A stretch of DNA of 64,000 nt, from positions 62,001 through 126,000 of the forward strand of contig MU005981.1 of assembly GCA_010093745.1 (NCBI GenBank), in the 5' to 3' direction. Both the position numbers and the translations under genes were made by a program. This DNA comes from Piedraia hortae CBS 480.64. Lineage: Eukaryota. The first letter of the stretch is position 1, and every line of letters starts with the position of its first letter. Below the pieces are notes generated by a model, which saw only the letters and a list, made by a program, of their open reading frames with translations, did no database searches and was not told the origin of the DNA. Positions 61,001-64,000 of the stretch are shown piece after piece.

Positions 61001-61632
61001 TACAGACGTTCAATTGCGGGCGTCGGATCAAGCTGGCCGTATATGTCAAAATACACGTCCAACAGGTGGCCTGTATCTAGCACCGTTTCGATTCCTTTCA
61101 GGATCGATTCACTTTGCTCTTGAGTTCTCTGAGCCACCTAGAGAAATAGTGTTATTCAGGTTCGCAGTTGCACAGAATTGCTGCTTACCATCAAGAGAGA
61201 GCGAATGCCGGCCCACGGCAGACTAAGCACGTCCGCTTGGGCATTCGTCGCAACGTCAAACACCGGCGCAAATTGCATGATCTGGCACGCAATCTTTCTC
61301 ATGCTCACGATCCATTTATGGGACCTTTCTGTTTCATTTTGCCCTCTTGAGGTCATGACTCTGGCCGCGTCCCGATCGAGCTCGCTGTTTGAACCAAGCT
61401 GCTCCTCGACAAACTTGCGATCTTCGGGGGCAAGATCATCAAGGGCATCAAGGATCAACTTGTTCTTGTCTCTGAAGGGGTTGTTTGGAGCTGGCCCGGC
61501 AGCTGAAGCATGGACGGGCGATTTGTTTGGTTGCGAGGGCTGTGCTGACGCTGAGGCTTGTATAGCGGATGGGGGCGTGTTCGGGGGCTTAGACCTCCCT
61601 TTCGACTTCCAGCGCTTCGACCCTAAGGGCAT
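56568..61632 (-). pseudogene. NACHT-WD40 fungal NLR (HET-E-like/NWD), 3 exons, two in-frame TAG codons
   Basis: Exons 61632-61189, 61137-59128 and 59075-56568 (introns of 51 and 52 nt with GTAAGC/GTATGT...AG). Helical N-terminal domain (LSLPWAGIRSLL), CLDGTR, Walker A GKAGTGKST, Walker B IVVDALDEC, YHESFRDF, QYACRYW, P.Q.Y.SAL.F.P and >10 WD repeats. TAG at 60685-60687 and 57480-57482 without any frameshift. Confidence 0.9.
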
Positions 61633-61945
61633 GTTGGGTACGATGAACGACGGTCAGGAAGGGGAACTAGGGAATGCGGGACGAGAGAGGCTGTTTCGAG
61701 GGCTTATCGAGTTCAAGGCTGAGGTTTAATGAGGCGGGGTAAGAGTGGCGTGCATGCATGAGCCTACTGTTAGCCTGTGTGAGCGGAGGATTACCTGGCA
61801 AGATATTGGAGAGATGCTGCAGAATGACCTTTTGGTGTAACGTTGGCCACAACAGACAATCGCAACACTTGTTGGATCACGACCGCAATTGCACTCATCA
61901 GTGCAGTCCGCAGCAAGCATTCTGTTGTTCGCTCTAGGCAGGAAA

Positions 61946-62900
61946 CATCATATCGCACCTGAGTAGACCATTATCTGGAATGATGATATCACTATCTGGC
62001 TGAAGATATCGCCGTAAAGCCAAGCACAAGCATTCCGGACGATGTATGTGGCGAGAATGTCAAACGTCTCCGGGGAAGCTGTTAGATGTCCAGCATGACA
62101 CTGGATGTCGCCGATCAAGATGACGGTCCTAGATGGTGCCGGGTGCATACCAACCAGGGCTCAGCAGTTCGATGGCGGGTTCTCCGCTGACGGGGACATT
62201 TTCAAAGCGTCCTATATATTCCACCATAGCTTTATCACAACGATGAGGCAAGCGGGGCGAATTCTGTCCGCTTTTGTACGTATGTAGTAAGCATACAATT
62301 TCGGCTCTGAAAGAAGCAGGGTATATACCAGAGGGTATCGATTTTCTTCCTTTCCGGAACACACTGGTCTCCAGCACTGCCATTATCAGGAGCAGCACAA
62401 GACCCTTCCTATGTTACTGCGAGAAGCTCCCCAGTAGGTATCGGTCCTGCATCAAACTCAACGAATGTGAATACTTGCTAGGAGATGCCTTTCCGCCGTT
62501 CTGACGCTGCCTAATCACCGACGAGATTTTCGATCTCCTAGAGGACACCGCGGCAGAAGCAATGAAGGTCGGCACAAAGGCTGCTACAGCGCGTTTCGAA
62601 CGCGAGGTTTGCGAGCTGCTCGAAAATTTGCCCGTATGCGCATCGCGCCGCCTCGTTCTTGCCTATGTTGCGGATGATCTTCGGGATGATCTAGCCGATA
62701 TCGCAAAGGAGGCAATTCAGACCGGATGTCGCGATCAGAAGGCGCACCTCAGGCGCAAAATCCAGTGGCTGCTCGAAAAGCTCCTTCGGCGGGGATCCAT
62801 GAGCTCGCGGACCTGGGCATAGATCTTTTGTGGAAGATGGCTGGACGGGTCCGGTGGGCCTTTGGACAAGATCTGCATCACCCAAAAGGCACGTCTGTGA
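61946..62900 (+). pseudogene. Decayed gene of unknown family, divergent from the NLR
   Basis: Consecutive ORFs share frames across isolated stops (for example TGA 62502-62504 between 62274.. and 62562..), with a candidate 40-nt intron at 62280-62319. No family recognised. Confidence 0.35.
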
Positions 62901-64000
62901 ATTTTTGATCGCACTTTTGTTTGGAGAGTTTCTGACAGATACCCCCAATCAGGCTCGTTCCCTCACGCCGGCGCTCACATCTACCACATCACCATCCGCA
63001 CGTCTCGTTCATGTCTGGAAAACAACCCCGGTTACGGGAAGATCCCCAGGATGGCCAAGATCCTCCGACAGACAGTTCAAGTCCAATGAAGACCAGAACT
63101 CGTCACAATGGGCGTGTTGGTTACAAACAGATAACAGGCACTCGATAGAACGCTGGGAACTTCTGAATTAGACTTTTTTGATCTCTCTCTTTGTAATACT
63201 ATCATAGTCTACAATTGTCAAAGCGCCGTATCCGGTAAGCCAGCCCTTTCGATGAGATGACTTCTCATATTACGTTTGTGCCTTTTTCCTCCATCCCATT
63301 GCCGTTCATGGCCGAGTGCACGCAATCCTTGAGACACAAATTCAAGTACGCCATCCTTTTTAAGTCATATTTGAGGAAAAAGTGGACTTCTACCCAGTCC
63401 CATGAACATACATCTGGCCTCGATCTCCGGTAAGATATGAGGGGCATTCCTCGGAAAGAAGCCAAGAAGGCAGCGAAGAGGAGTAGAGAAGCAAAGAACC
63501 CGTCGGACAAGCCAAAGAGAAGAAGCGAGCACACCGATGGACTTCGTGGGGACCGAGGCACAAAGCTTCGAGGATATTTTCAAGGACGCCAAAACGATAC
63601 CTTTCTTGACCCTTCAACAATTATCCGGCCATGGTCATGACTTCAAAACCAACCAGAACAGCGGAACTTGCCGGCAAGACGACTCGGAGTGAATAGTGGC
63701 CAGGTGGAAGAGCAGCTAGACTACGACATATATATGGCGATTTCCTTTGCTTGTCAAGGCTGGCGAAGGAAGTAGCAGGTCTACCTCCTCTATGGCCTCA
63801 TATCGTTTCAAAGCGTCTCAACGAGGGCCATGCTACCTGTACAATCTCCACAGTGTACATACAATATTGAAAGGAAACAACGGAACCAAGTGTAAGCGCA
63901 AGGCTGATGACGAAAGACTTTTCTAGCATAGATCATACTAACGGCCCATTTGTACCCCTTAATTTGGACGCTAGAACGTGCTAGAGCTGGTAGCCCTGTC

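Noticed and set aside
61189..61632. Amyloid signalling motif at the NLR N-terminus
   Set aside because: The N-terminus is basic and Pro/Ser/Ala-rich, with no HET-s, PP or sigma-like G/N/Q pattern recognised.

Overview
Eukaryotic window from a filamentous ascomycete (Pezizomycotina-type genes, short GT-AG introns with CTAAC/CTGAC/CTAAT branch sites, intron-containing tRNA). Compact islands of housekeeping genes (rad26/ATRIP-like, CDS1, GPH1; BST1, IRC3, UPF2; CDC123; tRNA-Arg) alternate with graveyards of decayed transposons. These include at least four small 5-bp-TSD elements or solo-LTR families, plus Ty1/copia, Ty3/gypsy, LINE, pogo/Fot1, Harbinger-like and CACTA-like remnants. The most notable locus is a ~1650-codon, 3-exon NACHT-WD40 fungal NLR gene (61632->56568, minus strand). 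It is intact except for two in-frame TAG codons and carries a 143-aa in-frame foreign insert in its C-terminal tail, revealed by comparison with a paralogous fragment at 23.6 kb. Three further fragments of the same NLR family lie in the window. The apparent 1.8-kb tandem duplication at 54.4-58.0 kb straddles an N gap and is probably an assembly artefact. All assignments come from manual reading and motif recognition; no searches were run.
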